A stretch of 47,510 nucleotides of DNA. Origin: an uncultured Candidatus Saccharibacteria bacterium (lineage in GTDB: Bacteria; Patescibacteriota; Minisyncoccia; Minisyncoccales; MHMH01). Positions 8,932 through 16,061 of the stretch are shown here, in pieces. Each line of letters opens with the position of its first letter. Position 1 is the stretch's first letter. The stretch is taken from contig CAYMTT010000002.1 of assembly GCA_964393465.1 (NCBI GenBank), positions 1-47,510 of the forward strand. The letters are read 5' to 3'. The position numbers and the translations under genes are program-made. The notes beneath the pieces are model-generated. The model saw only the letters and a list, made by a program, of their open reading frames with translations, ran no database searches and was not told where the DNA came from.

Positions 8932-9834
8932 TTATTCGTACCTGTTTACAATCCTCCGCACCCTGCCTTCTTCGAAACGAAAGGGCAGGTTCAGTTCCAA
9001 GCCGAAAGCTTGGAATCCCCCCACTTCCCTTTTATTGCCGTCTGAATTGAGCCTGCCGTCCGACCAATGGAAGTCCGAACCTCCGCTTTCGAAAAGGCAG
9101 AAATCTGAAGCTATCTGGTGCAAAAATTCGGTTTGCTCTCTGGAATAGAAAGAATAGCCCGTTTCAATTCCGTCCAGTCCCAACTTCCTCAAATCGAGAG
9201 CCGTCCTTTCAATCCAGTAATTTCTGTCTTTCTTCCATAAAGGATGAGCCCAAAAAGCCATTCCCCCGATAGAATGAATCAAGGCAATAACTTCCCCGAC
9301 ATGGGGCCGGCGCCGATCCTGAAAAGCCAAGCCGTCGTCTGCCAGAAACTTCCCGAAGAACTGTCCCTGGGTTTCCAGGCCGTGCCTTTCCAGAATTGCC
9401 AAATTACGGTAACCCCGGTAAACCGCCCAGGCGATATGCGGCCTGTTGACGCTGCCGGGAGCAGTTTCCAGAATTTCTTCCAGGTTCACCTTGAACCCGT
9501 AATCCTGGAGCTTGGAAACCATTTTTCTCATCTGGGATATTTTGACTTTCCGCCATCTGGCCAGAAAATCATGGAGTTTAGGGGAAAGATAGTCGATGAA
9601 ATATCCGAGAATATGGAATTCTTTTTTCCGGTACTGGGAAGTGAGCTCTATTCCCGGGATTGTTTTCACGCCCAGAGAGCTTGCCGCTTCGACAAACTCC
9701 AAGGTTCCCCGAGTATTTTCGTGATCGGTAAGGGAAGCTACGCTCAAGCCGGCTTTTTGGCAGGCTTCTGCCACTTCGGTCGGACAGAACTTGCCGTCCG
9801 AATAGCAAGAATGCAAATGCAAGTCGAATTTCAT
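8932..9834 (-). CDS. PHP-domain metal-dependent phosphoesterase (300 aa)
   Basis: MKFDLHLHSCYSDG...LTDHEN... is a typical PHP N-terminal His motif. SD AAGGAGG lies upstream. Confidence 0.85.
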   Translation of the reverse strand: MKFDLHLHSCYSDGKFCPTEVAEACQKAGLSVASLTDHENTRGTLEFVEAASSLGVKTIPGIELTSQYRKKEFHILGYFIDYLSPKLHDFLARWRKVKISQMRKMVSKLQDYGFKVNLEEILETAPGSVNRPHIAWAVYRGYRNLAILERHGLETQGQFFGKFLADDGLAFQDRRRPHVGEVIALIHSIGGMAFWAHPLWKKDRNYWIERTALDLRKLGLDGIETGYSFYSREQTEFLHQIASDFCLFESGGSDFHWSDGRLNSDGNKREVGGFQAFGLELNLPFRFEEGRVRRIVNRYE

Positions 9835-9862
9835 TCACGCCTCCTTTTCAATGTGCTTGATA

Positions 9863-9891
9863 ATATTAATACGAAAAAAGAAATCGGTCAA
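9863..9891 (-). promoter_or_regulatory. sigma70-type promoter for the PHP gene
   Basis: On the - strand: TTGACC (9891-9886), 17-nt spacer, TAATAT (9868-9863). Confidence 0.5.
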
Positions 9892-9892
9892 T

Positions 9893-9930
9893 AAAAAAAA
9901 CGCCTCCGGGCCCAGAAAAGAGGCGTCTTT
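9893..9930 (-). terminator. intrinsic terminator after tRNA-Ala
   Basis: On the - strand: GACGCCTC ... GAGGCGT stem (9901-9906 / 9920-9926) followed by T8 (A-run 9893-9900 on the + strand). Confidence 0.55.
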
Positions 9931-9932
9931 TG

Positions 9933-10005
9933 TGGACCGTGCCAGAGTCGAACTGGCAACCTTCGCAATGCGAATGCGACGCTCTACCAATTGAGCTAAC
10001 GGCCC
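9933..10005 (-). tRNA. tRNA-Ala (anticodon CGC), no encoded CCA
   Basis: Hand-folded 73-nt cloverleaf: GGGCCGT/ACGGTCC acceptor with G3:U70, D-arm GCTC-AATTGGTA-GAGC, anticodon loop TTCGCAT, T-arm GCCAG-TTCGACT-CTGGC, discriminator A. Confidence 0.9.
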
Positions 10006-10301
10006 GAAAAAATACTTTTTATTCTCAAAGCTTCTTTTTCTACCAATTCTCCCTCGTATTCCGCCCCGTGGGCAGAACTTTTGTAAACCGGCTTTTTCTG
10101 GTCCAAGTGAAGATTAATCTCTGTTTTTGAAGTTTCCCGTGAAACTTTCACGTAAGCGTGAAATCTGGGATAGCCAGAGCCCGAGTTCCCTATCTGGCGG
10201 GAAAATACCAGCTCTACTCCTTTTTTTCCTTTGAAAAAGTATCCGCAGCTTCTCATCAGATTATACACGCCGGCGCCGGAAGAATTCAAGCTCAGCTTCA
10301 T
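9996..10301 (-). CDS. hypothetical protein (101 aa)
   Basis: Listed ORF. It starts 4 nt after the upstream stop. The last 10 nt, including the TAG stop, lie inside tRNA-Ala. No family recognised. Confidence 0.5.
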   Translation of the reverse strand: MKLSLNSSGAGVYNLMRSCGYFFKGKKGVELVFSRQIGNSGSGYPRFHAYVKVSRETSKTEINLHLDQKKPVYKSSAHGAEYEGELVEKEALRIKSIFSGR

Positions 10302-10304
10302 AAA

Positions 10305-11717
10305 TCACTCGGTTCCCACGCTGAATCTTATTATTACGTCAAAATCATTCACGTTCCTTTCCTCGTCCCGGCAGCGGACGAAAAAGCTGTAACTTTTTCC
10401 GTCTTCAAGCTTGGTTATTCTGGCAGTATGATAAGTTTCCTCGTCGTTTTGGGATCTCAAATAATTTCTCATATCTTTGTACTCCACTCCCTGGACTTCC
10501 GAATATTTGCAGTCGGCAGACTCGTTAGTGGTAACTCCGATATAAGTTTTCTCCGTTCCGGCAGGCAGCGTTCCTTTCGGCTCCAAATTCCAGCGTTTCG
10601 GGGGAATGGTGTCTTCTGGCACTCCTATTTTTACCGTAATGACAAAATCATTTGTATTTTTATAACCTTCCCTGTCTATGCATCTTACGTAGTATTTGTA
10701 CTCTTTGCCTTCCGAAAACCCGCCGACAGAAACCGTATGCTCGGTGCTCCAGGTCTGGTCAAAGTATTTATACATGCCCTCATAACTGAATCCCGAATCC
10801 ACGCTGTACCTGCAGTTTGCCTCCTCGTCGGTCTTCAAGCCGATGGTAGTGGTTTTTACGTAGTAGGGAAGTTCCTGGTCTTCTGCCGGAATGGGATCGT
10901 ACCTGTAAGGAGGATCGTATTTTTCCTCGTCTTCTTGTTCAGGGGCTACTCCCCCGACCGAAAACTCGATAAGGGCGTCCTCCTGGTTCCTGTTTCCGTC
11001 CATATCGCGGCATCTAACGTAATATTTGTAAAGCCTGTTGTCTTGCAATCCTCTGACGGTTTCGGTATGCAGGGTTTTATCATCGTTGTAGTCCATCCTA
11101 TAGCTCATTCTGTCGTATTCTTCAGATTGCTTGGAATAGCGGCAGTAGCCCGGCTCGTTCGTGCTCACGCTGATTTCAACTTCGCCGGTGCCGGCGGGCA
11201 AGGTGCCGGTGGGATAAAGATTAAAACGCATGGGCGGGCTTTCCGGAGGAACGTAGCTGCCACCGGGATAATATCCGCCCCCTGCCGTTCCTCGGCCTAC
11301 GGTGAATTTAATTACCGCATCTTGCTGATTTCTGTTGCCGGCCAAATCCCGGCAGCGGACAAAATAGGTATAGGTTTTACCCTCCCGAAGCCCTTTAATG
11401 GTGGCCTTGTGAAAGGTTTTGTCGTCGCTGTATTCGAACCTGCTCCTCATTCTGTCGTATTCTTCCGATTCTTTGGAATAGCGGCAGTAGCCGGGCTCGT
11501 TCAAAGTAACGCTTATCTGGACTTCCCTGGTTCCCGAAGAAAGTATGCCGTTGGGAAAAAGATTGCTTCTCACGGGAGAAGATTGATCGTCCGGATTTTC
11601 AACTATGGGTTCGGACAAACCGCCCCTTCCTCCCAAGGATTTAATTCCAAAAACAGCCGCCACGATTATAAGGATGACGCCCAGAATGAAAAGAATTTGA
11701 ATTTGGCCTTTTTGCAT
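10305..11717 (-). CDS. membrane-anchored surface protein with four tandem ~100-114-aa Cys-pair (Ig/FN3-like) repeats (470 aa from internal start)
   Basis: Start moved to MQKGQIQILFILGV... (ATG 11717), because the listed N-terminal extension runs through tRNA-Pro. There is a TM anchor, then four repeats sharing C(R/K)YS...Y..M...H...(I/V)..L..G..Y.(Y/F)(Y/F)VRC.D..GN. Confidence 0.8.
   Translation of the reverse strand: MQKGQIQILFILGVILIIVAAVFGIKSLGGRGGLSEPIVENPDDQSSPVRSNLFPNGILSSGTREVQISVTLNEPGYCRYSKESEEYDRMRSRFEYSDDKTFHKATIKGLREGKTYTYFVRCRDLAGNRNQQDAVIKFTVGRGTAGGGYYPGGSYVPPESPPMRFNLYPTGTLPAGTGEVEISVSTNEPGYCRYSKQSEEYDRMSYRMDYNDDKTLHTETVRGLQDNRLYKYYVRCRDMDGNRNQEDALIEFSVGGVAPEQEDEEKYDPPYRYDPIPAEDQELPYYVKTTTIGLKTDEEANCRYSVDSGFSYEGMYKYFDQTWSTEHTVSVGGFSEGKEYKYYVRCIDREGYKNTNDFVITVKIGVPEDTIPPKRWNLEPKGTLPAGTEKTYIGVTTNESADCKYSEVQGVEYKDMRNYLRSQNDEETYHTARITKLEDGKSYSFFVRCRDEERNVNDFDVIIRFSVGTE
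10317..11576 (-). repeat. four tandem coding repeats; repeats 1 and 2 share a ~56-nt near-identical DNA block
   Basis: The near-identical blocks are at 11104-11159 and 11446-11501 (offset 342 nt = 114 codons). Conserved Cys are at residues 108/152, 222/266, 332/376 and 433/479 of the listed ORF. Confidence 0.8.
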
Positions 11718-11722
11718 AAAAT

Positions 11723-11793
11723 TCGGAGTGCTGGGAGTCGAACCCAGACCACAGACTCCCGAAGCCTGCATACTACCGTTATACGACACTCCG
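11723..11793 (-). tRNA. tRNA-Pro (anticodon CGG), no encoded CCA
   Basis: Hand-folded 71-nt cloverleaf: acceptor CGGAGTG/CACTCCG (C1:G72, A73, typical of bacterial tRNA-Pro), anticodon stem CAGGC/GTCTG, loop TTCGGGA, T-arm CTGGG-TTCGACT-CCCAG. Confidence 0.85.
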
Positions 11794-11816
11794 TTGGTTT
11801 TTTTCACGTGAAACTT

Positions 11817-13274
11817 TTAAGTGACCCAGTATTTATCCTTGGTCATTTTGTCCATTTTCGTTTCAATTTCCTCTCTTTCCATCCTGGCTCTGCCGGCCAG
11901 CTCTTCCAGTTTTTTATCGGGGAGTCCGGCCAGCCTTTCTATTTCTTTTTCCAGAAATTTCTTCGTGTTTTTCTTTGGATCGTCCAAAACGTGGCCCAGG
12001 AGAACGTCCAGAATCTGGCCTACTTTGGGCCCCGGCTCCATTTCCAGCTTTTTCATCACGTCTTTGCCGTCGACTTTCAGCTTCTTTACTGAAATAGGAT
12101 CGCGGGAAACTTTCTCTATTATGTATTTCAAATGCCTGAGCTTGTAAGGTTCGGCCTTCGGCACCCCTGATCCTATCCTGTCGCATTTTCTCAGTTGCAG
12201 AAGCTCTTCCATATTTTCAGGGCCGACGTTCCTCACCAGCCTTCTGACCGAGCTTTCGGTAACCTCATTAACATTGTAGTAAAATAAATGGTATCTGACC
12301 AGCTTGGCAACCTTTTCTATGTCTTTTTTCGGGAATTTCAAGCGCTCCATTATCTGGACTGTCATTTTGGCTCCCGCCATTTCGTGGTTGTAAAAAGTGG
12401 CAGAATCCCCTTGGCCTCTCTTTGTTCTGGGCTTGGCAATATCGTGCAAAAGAGCTGACAGCCTCACGTATTTATTGAACTTCTGTTCGGCAGCATATTT
12501 CAAAGAAAACAAGGAATGCTCGTAGCAATCGTAAATATGGTGCTTATTCTGGGAAATCCCGTAGCTTTCTTCCAGTTCGGGAATAATATATGCGAGCAGA
12601 CCGAGCTCCCTTAAAAGATCAATGCCTTCTGCAGCTCTGTCCGACATTATTATTTTCATCAATTCCTCCCTGATCCTCTCTTTGGAAATTGCCCTGAGCA
12701 AGGAAGCGTTCTCTTTTACAGCTTCAAGAGTGGCTTTTTCTATCTTCCAGCCCGGCTCCAAAACTGATACCAGTCTGGCGGCCCTCATCATTCTCAAGGG
12801 ATCCTGGGAAAGCCTGGCTTTGGGATCTCCCACGGCCCTGATAATCTTTTTTCCAAGGTCTTCCCTGCCCCCGAAAGGATCGATGAGCTCCTTTTTTTCG
12901 GGGTCCATTGCCATGGCATTGACCGTGAAATCTCTTCTGGACAGGTCTTCTTTTATAGTTTTGGCAAAATTGATTTCGTCGGGATGTCTTTTGTCGGTAT
13001 ACCTGGCTTCCGAGCGGTAGGTCGTAATTTCTATCTCTTTCAGGTTTTCCTTCTTGCTGCCGGTCTTGACCGTTACCGTCAAAAATTTGTTTTCGTAAAA
13101 ACTGTCTGGGAATACCTTCTGGATTTCTTCGGGTTTGGCTTTGGTGGCCACGTCCCAGTCGCCGGGCTCCCTGCCTCTCAAAAAATCCCTGAGGCATCCC
13201 CCGACAATGAAAGCTTCATAGCCTTTTTCTTTCAGTTTCCCGACCACAGATTTTACTTCTTTGGGAATTGTCAT
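11817..13274 (-). CDS. cca: CCA-adding tRNA nucleotidyltransferase with HD domain (485 aa)
   Basis: Pol-beta NTase motif GGCLRDFLRGREPGDWDVAT, RRDFTVNAMA, and HD motif LLHDIAKP. Confidence 0.88.
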   Translation of the reverse strand: MTIPKEVKSVVGKLKEKGYEAFIVGGCLRDFLRGREPGDWDVATKAKPEEIQKVFPDSFYENKFLTVTVKTGSKKENLKEIEITTYRSEARYTDKRHPDEINFAKTIKEDLSRRDFTVNAMAMDPEKKELIDPFGGREDLGKKIIRAVGDPKARLSQDPLRMMRAARLVSVLEPGWKIEKATLEAVKENASLLRAISKERIREELMKIIMSDRAAEGIDLLRELGLLAYIIPELEESYGISQNKHHIYDCYEHSLFSLKYAAEQKFNKYVRLSALLHDIAKPRTKRGQGDSATFYNHEMAGAKMTVQIMERLKFPKKDIEKVAKLVRYHLFYYNVNEVTESSVRRLVRNVGPENMEELLQLRKCDRIGSGVPKAEPYKLRHLKYIIEKVSRDPISVKKLKVDGKDVMKKLEMEPGPKVGQILDVLLGHVLDDPKKNTKKFLEKEIERLAGLPDKKLEELAGRARMEREEIETKMDKMTKDKYWVT

Positions 13275-13296
13275 TTTAATTAATTATAGATCAAAT

Positions 13297-13325
13297 TTGA
13301 TTTTTTTCAAATTCTTCAGTAAAAT
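13297..13325 (+). promoter_or_regulatory. sigma70-type promoter upstream of tRNA-Arg
   Basis: TTGATT (13297-13302), 17-nt spacer, TAAAAT (13320-13325). The tRNA 5-prime end is 9 nt downstream. Confidence 0.55.
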
Positions 13326-13333
13326 AAGCTTGC

Positions 13334-13405
13334 GCCCTCGTAGTATAATGGATAAAACGACGGGCTTCGGACCCGTAGATCTCCGTTCGAGTCGGAGCGA
13401 GGGCA
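13334..13405 (+). tRNA. tRNA-Arg (anticodon UCG), no complete CCA (followed by CCG)
   Basis: Hand-folded 72-nt cloverleaf: acceptor GCCCTCG/CGAGGGC, anticodon stem ACGGG/CCCGT, loop CTTCGGA, T-arm CTCCG-TTCGAGT-CGGAG, discriminator A. The D-stem has one mismatch. Confidence 0.85.
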
Positions 13406-13481
13406 CCGGGGGGCTTGACCGATTTTCAATACGGAGGCATCATTATGGCAGTTTTTCAAAATCTGCTATAATATAAAAAAT

Positions 13482-13877
13482 ATGAAAAAAACATTATTGA
13501 CCGTTTTCTTTTTTTCGTTCCTCTTTCCGGGGATCGCCCTGGCTCAGGGGTTTTGCGAAGGTCCTCTGGTTCCCTGCCAAATAGGGGAATGCCAGTTCTG
13601 CGACTTTTTCGTAATGCTCAACAACATCATCAAATTCATGATGTTCTGCCTGGCCCCTTTGCTGGCAGTGGTGATGCTCATTGCGGCGGGAGGAATGCTT
13701 TTTTTCGGCGGTATGAAACCGGGACTGGTTCAAAAAGCCAAAAGCACCATAACCACAACGGTTTTGGGGCTGGCTCTGGTCTTTTGCGCCTGGATAATAG
13801 TCAACACCGTGCTTACCCAGACCGGCCTGGTCCAAGCTCCTTCATTGCTGCAGTGGTACAATATCGAATGCCAATGA
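13482..13877 (+). CDS. short VirB2/TrbC-like pilin (131 aa), candidate major pilin
   Basis: Signal peptide (..FPGIALA/QG), a Cys-rich N-terminus (CEGPLVPCQIGECQFC), then two hydrophobic helices joined by GGMKPGLVQKAKST. This is the same two-helix module as the N-termini of 28454, 30495 and 31579. TGcTATAAT at 13464-13472 lies 10 nt before the ATG. Confidence 0.7.
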   Translation: MKKTLLTVFFFSFLFPGIALAQGFCEGPLVPCQIGECQFCDFFVMLNNIIKFMMFCLAPLLAVVMLIAAGGMLFFGGMKPGLVQKAKSTITTTVLGLALVFCAWIIVNTVLTQTGLVQAPSLLQWYNIECQ

Positions 13878-13880
13878 CGA

Positions 13881-13953
13881 GCCCCTATAACTCAATTGGC
13901 AGAGTAGCGGTCTCTTAAACCGTTAGTTCTAGGTTCGAATCCTAGTGGGGGCA
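13881..13953 (+). tRNA. tRNA-Lys (anticodon CUU), no encoded CCA
   Basis: Hand-folded 73-nt cloverleaf: acceptor GCCCCTA/TGGGGGC, D-arm ACTC-AATTGGCA-GAGT, anticodon loop CTCTTAA, T-arm CTAGG-TTCGAAT-CCTAG. It starts 4 nt after the pilin stop. Confidence 0.9.
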
Positions 13954-13954
13954 C

Positions 13955-13980
13955 ATAGAGATTGAATCTCTATTTGTTTT
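13955..13980 (+). terminator. intrinsic terminator after tRNA-Lys
   Basis: TAGAGAT (13956-13962), loop TGA, ATCTCTA (13966-13972), then TTTGTTTT. Confidence 0.65.
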
Positions 13981-14012
13981 AAAATTAAAAAGAGGTACAA
14001 TAAAAACAGATC

Positions 14013-15272
14013 ATGTTACCGAGGGTAAAAACTTGGCCAAAAAAACTAGAGGGCTACCAAAAATTCACAACCAAAAAACAGCTTGAGCAGATAAAGCATC
14101 TTTCCCAGGAGCTCAAAGGGCTGAAAGTTGCGATGGTCAACTCAACCCCCAGGGGAGGAGGAGTGGCAGAAGTAATGAAAAGCTTGGTTCCCATGATGAA
14201 AGGAGTGGGGATTAAAGTGGAATGGTACACTATCCCCGGGCGCGAAGATTTCTTTAAAATCACCAAGGAGATGCACAACGCTCTCCAAGGGAAGCAATAC
14301 GAATTCGGCTTCAAGGCCAGAAAAAGGTATTTAAAGCACATGGAAAGAACCGCCTGCTTAATGCAGGACATGCGCCCGGATCTCTGGATAATACACGATC
14401 CCCAGCCTGCCGGAACCATTCAGTACCTTTCCAACTTCCATCCGTCTGTCTGTAGGCTGCACATAGACCTTACCACTCCCAACAGGGAAGTCTGGGATTT
14501 CGTTTCCGGCTACCTGGCAATGTACGACAGGGTGGTGGTAAGCTCAAAGGATTTCGTTAGGCCCGAAGTGAAAAAGAAAACCATAGTCTTTCCTCCGGCC
14601 ATCGATCCTCTTTCCCCGAAAAACCAGCCCCTGGACGTCAAAAACTGCAGAGAGATAATCAAGAGCTTCGGGATCAACCCCAACCGGCCCCTGGTAACCC
14701 AGGTTTCCAGATTCGATCCTTGGAAAGCTCCCATGGAGGTGGTCAAAAGCTACCAGCTGGCCAAAAAGAAAATCCCCGACTTGCAGCTGGCCATGGTGGG
14801 GCTCTTTCTGGCCCAGGACGACCCGGAAGCCATCAAGGTCTACAAAGAAGTGAGAAAGGCGACGGGGGGAGATCCCGACGTATTTTTATTCGCCGATCCC
14901 AAATACCTGGGAGGGTTGAAAATAAGTACGTTCGTCAACTCCATACAGGGAGCCTCGGACATTATCCTGCAAAACTCCAAAAAAGAAGGTTTCGGGCTTA
15001 CGGTAGCCGAAGCCATGTGGAAAGAAAAGCCGGTTATCGGAGGGGGCGCGGCCGGCATAAAATACCAGATAAAGCAGGGAAAAAACGGATTCGTGGCCTC
15101 CACTCCAAAGGAAATGTCGGAAAGAATCGAAGAATTGATAAAAGACCCCCAGTTGGCTTCAAAAATAAGCAGGAACGCCCGCCGATCGGTCAAAAGAAAC
15201 TTCCTGATGCCCAGGCTTTTGAAAGACTACCTTTTCTTGTTCAAACATTTAATCTTAAACTGTCGCAGATAA
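14013..15272 (+). CDS. treT: GT4 glycosyltransferase of the trehalose glycosyltransferring synthase (TreT) type (419 aa)
   Basis: Collinear by-eye similarity over most of its length to archaeal/Thermotogae TreT as I remember it: NST.RGGGVAE...[67 protein letters not shown]. Confidence 0.75.
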   Translation: MLPRVKTWPKKLEGYQKFTTKKQLEQIKHLSQELKGLKVAMVNSTPRGGGVAEVMKSLVPMMKGVGIKVEWYTIPGREDFFKITKEMHNALQGKQYEFGFKARKRYLKHMERTACLMQDMRPDLWIIHDPQPAGTIQYLSNFHPSVCRLHIDLTTPNREVWDFVSGYLAMYDRVVVSSKDFVRPEVKKKTIVFPPAIDPLSPKNQPLDVKNCREIIKSFGINPNRPLVTQVSRFDPWKAPMEVVKSYQLAKKKIPDLQLAMVGLFLAQDDPEAIKVYKEVRKATGGDPDVFLFADPKYLGGLKISTFVNSIQGASDIILQNSKKEGFGLTVAEAMWKEKPVIGGGAAGIKYQIKQGKNGFVASTPKEMSERIEELIKDPQLASKISRNARRSVKRNFLMPRLLKDYLFLFKHLILNCRR

Positions 15273-15276
15273 AAAC

Positions 15277-15549
15277 ATGCTTCCAGCAGAAGATAAAACC
15301 CAAATAATAAAGAAGTACAAGCTTCACGAAAAGGACACCGGATCCCCAGAGGTTCAGGTCGCCCTTTTGACAGAAGAAATAGAGAGGCTGCTTTCCCATT
15401 TGAAAAAGCACAAAAAAGACTTCCATTCAAAAAGAGGGCTTTTGAAAATGGTGGCCAAAAGAAGGAAACTCCTTGACTACCTGAAAAACGAAGACCCAAA
15501 AAGATACGCTTCTACCATCAAAAAAGTAGCCTTAAAATTAAAAAAATAA
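15277..15549 (+). CDS. rpsO: 30S ribosomal protein uS15 (90 aa)
   Basis: Typical S15: ...[53 protein letters not shown]. Confidence 0.95.
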   Translation: MLPAEDKTQIIKKYKLHEKDTGSPEVQVALLTEEIERLLSHLKKHKKDFHSKRGLLKMVAKRRKLLDYLKNEDPKRYASTIKKVALKLKK

Positions 15550-15552
15550 GGC

Positions 15553-16053
15553 ATGGTCAAGTTAAAAGAGCAGCGGGTCGGAATTCTCATTGACGTGCAG
15601 AATCTCTACCATTCGGCAAAAAACCTCTACAGGTCCAAAGTCAATTTTTCAGAAATCTTGAAAACCGGAGTAGCGGGCAGAAAACTGATACGGGCTTTCG
15701 CCTACGTGGTAAGGACAAAGACCGGGGAAGAGCGGCCCTTTTTCGACGCCCTGGTCAAACTGGGCATAGAAACCAGAATAAAAGACCTTCAAGAATATTT
15801 TGGCGGTTTGAAAAAAGCCGACTGGGACGTGGGAATAACCGTTGACGCGGTAAGAGCGTCCGCCAGCGTGGACGTCATAGTCCTGGTTTCCGGAGACGGA
15901 GATTTCATCCAATTGGTCGAATACCTGAAAAACCAAGGCAAAAGAGTGGAGGTTATGGCTTTCGGAAAATCGGCTTCCAGCAAACTCAAGGAAACCGCTG
16001 ACGAATTCACCGACCTGGGAGAAAATCCGGCCAAATACTTGCTTAAAAGATAA
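15553..16053 (+). CDS. NYN-domain (LabA/DUF88-like) predicted RNase (166 aa)
   Basis: VGILIDVQNLYHSAK..., DVGITVDAV and VLVSGDGDFIQLVEYLKNQGKRVEVMAF match the LabA-like NYN/PIN-like fold signature. Confidence 0.8.
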   Translation: MVKLKEQRVGILIDVQNLYHSAKNLYRSKVNFSEILKTGVAGRKLIRAFAYVVRTKTGEERPFFDALVKLGIETRIKDLQEYFGGLKKADWDVGITVDAVRASASVDVIVLVSGDGDFIQLVEYLKNQGKRVEVMAFGKSASSKLKETADEFTDLGENPAKYLLKR

Positions 16054-16061
16054 ACATTATT

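Noticed and set aside
10158-12092. A 644-aa + strand ORF, the longest unannotated ORF in the track.
   Set aside because: It is antisense to the repeat-protein gene, tRNA-Pro and the cca 3-prime end. The sequence is low-complexity and motif-free, whereas the - strand carries a recognisable CCA-adding enzyme, a cloverleaf tRNA and a regular four-repeat protein.
13445-13471. An 8-codon upstream mini-ORF (MAVFQNLL) with GGAGG 7 nt upstream, between tRNA-Arg and the pilin gene.
   Set aside because: It is too short to support. Its stop overlaps the pilin -10 element, so it is likely coincidental.
13261-13476. A 71-aa + ORF spanning tRNA-Arg.
   Set aside because: It is fully explained by the tRNA and the promoter region.
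9933-13953. A search for integrase, transposase or direct-repeat (att-like) signatures next to the four tRNAs that could mark a genomic island.
   Set aside because: No recombinase-like ORF and no duplicated tRNA 3-prime fragment were seen in the window. The tRNA-flanked genes look like native operon members.
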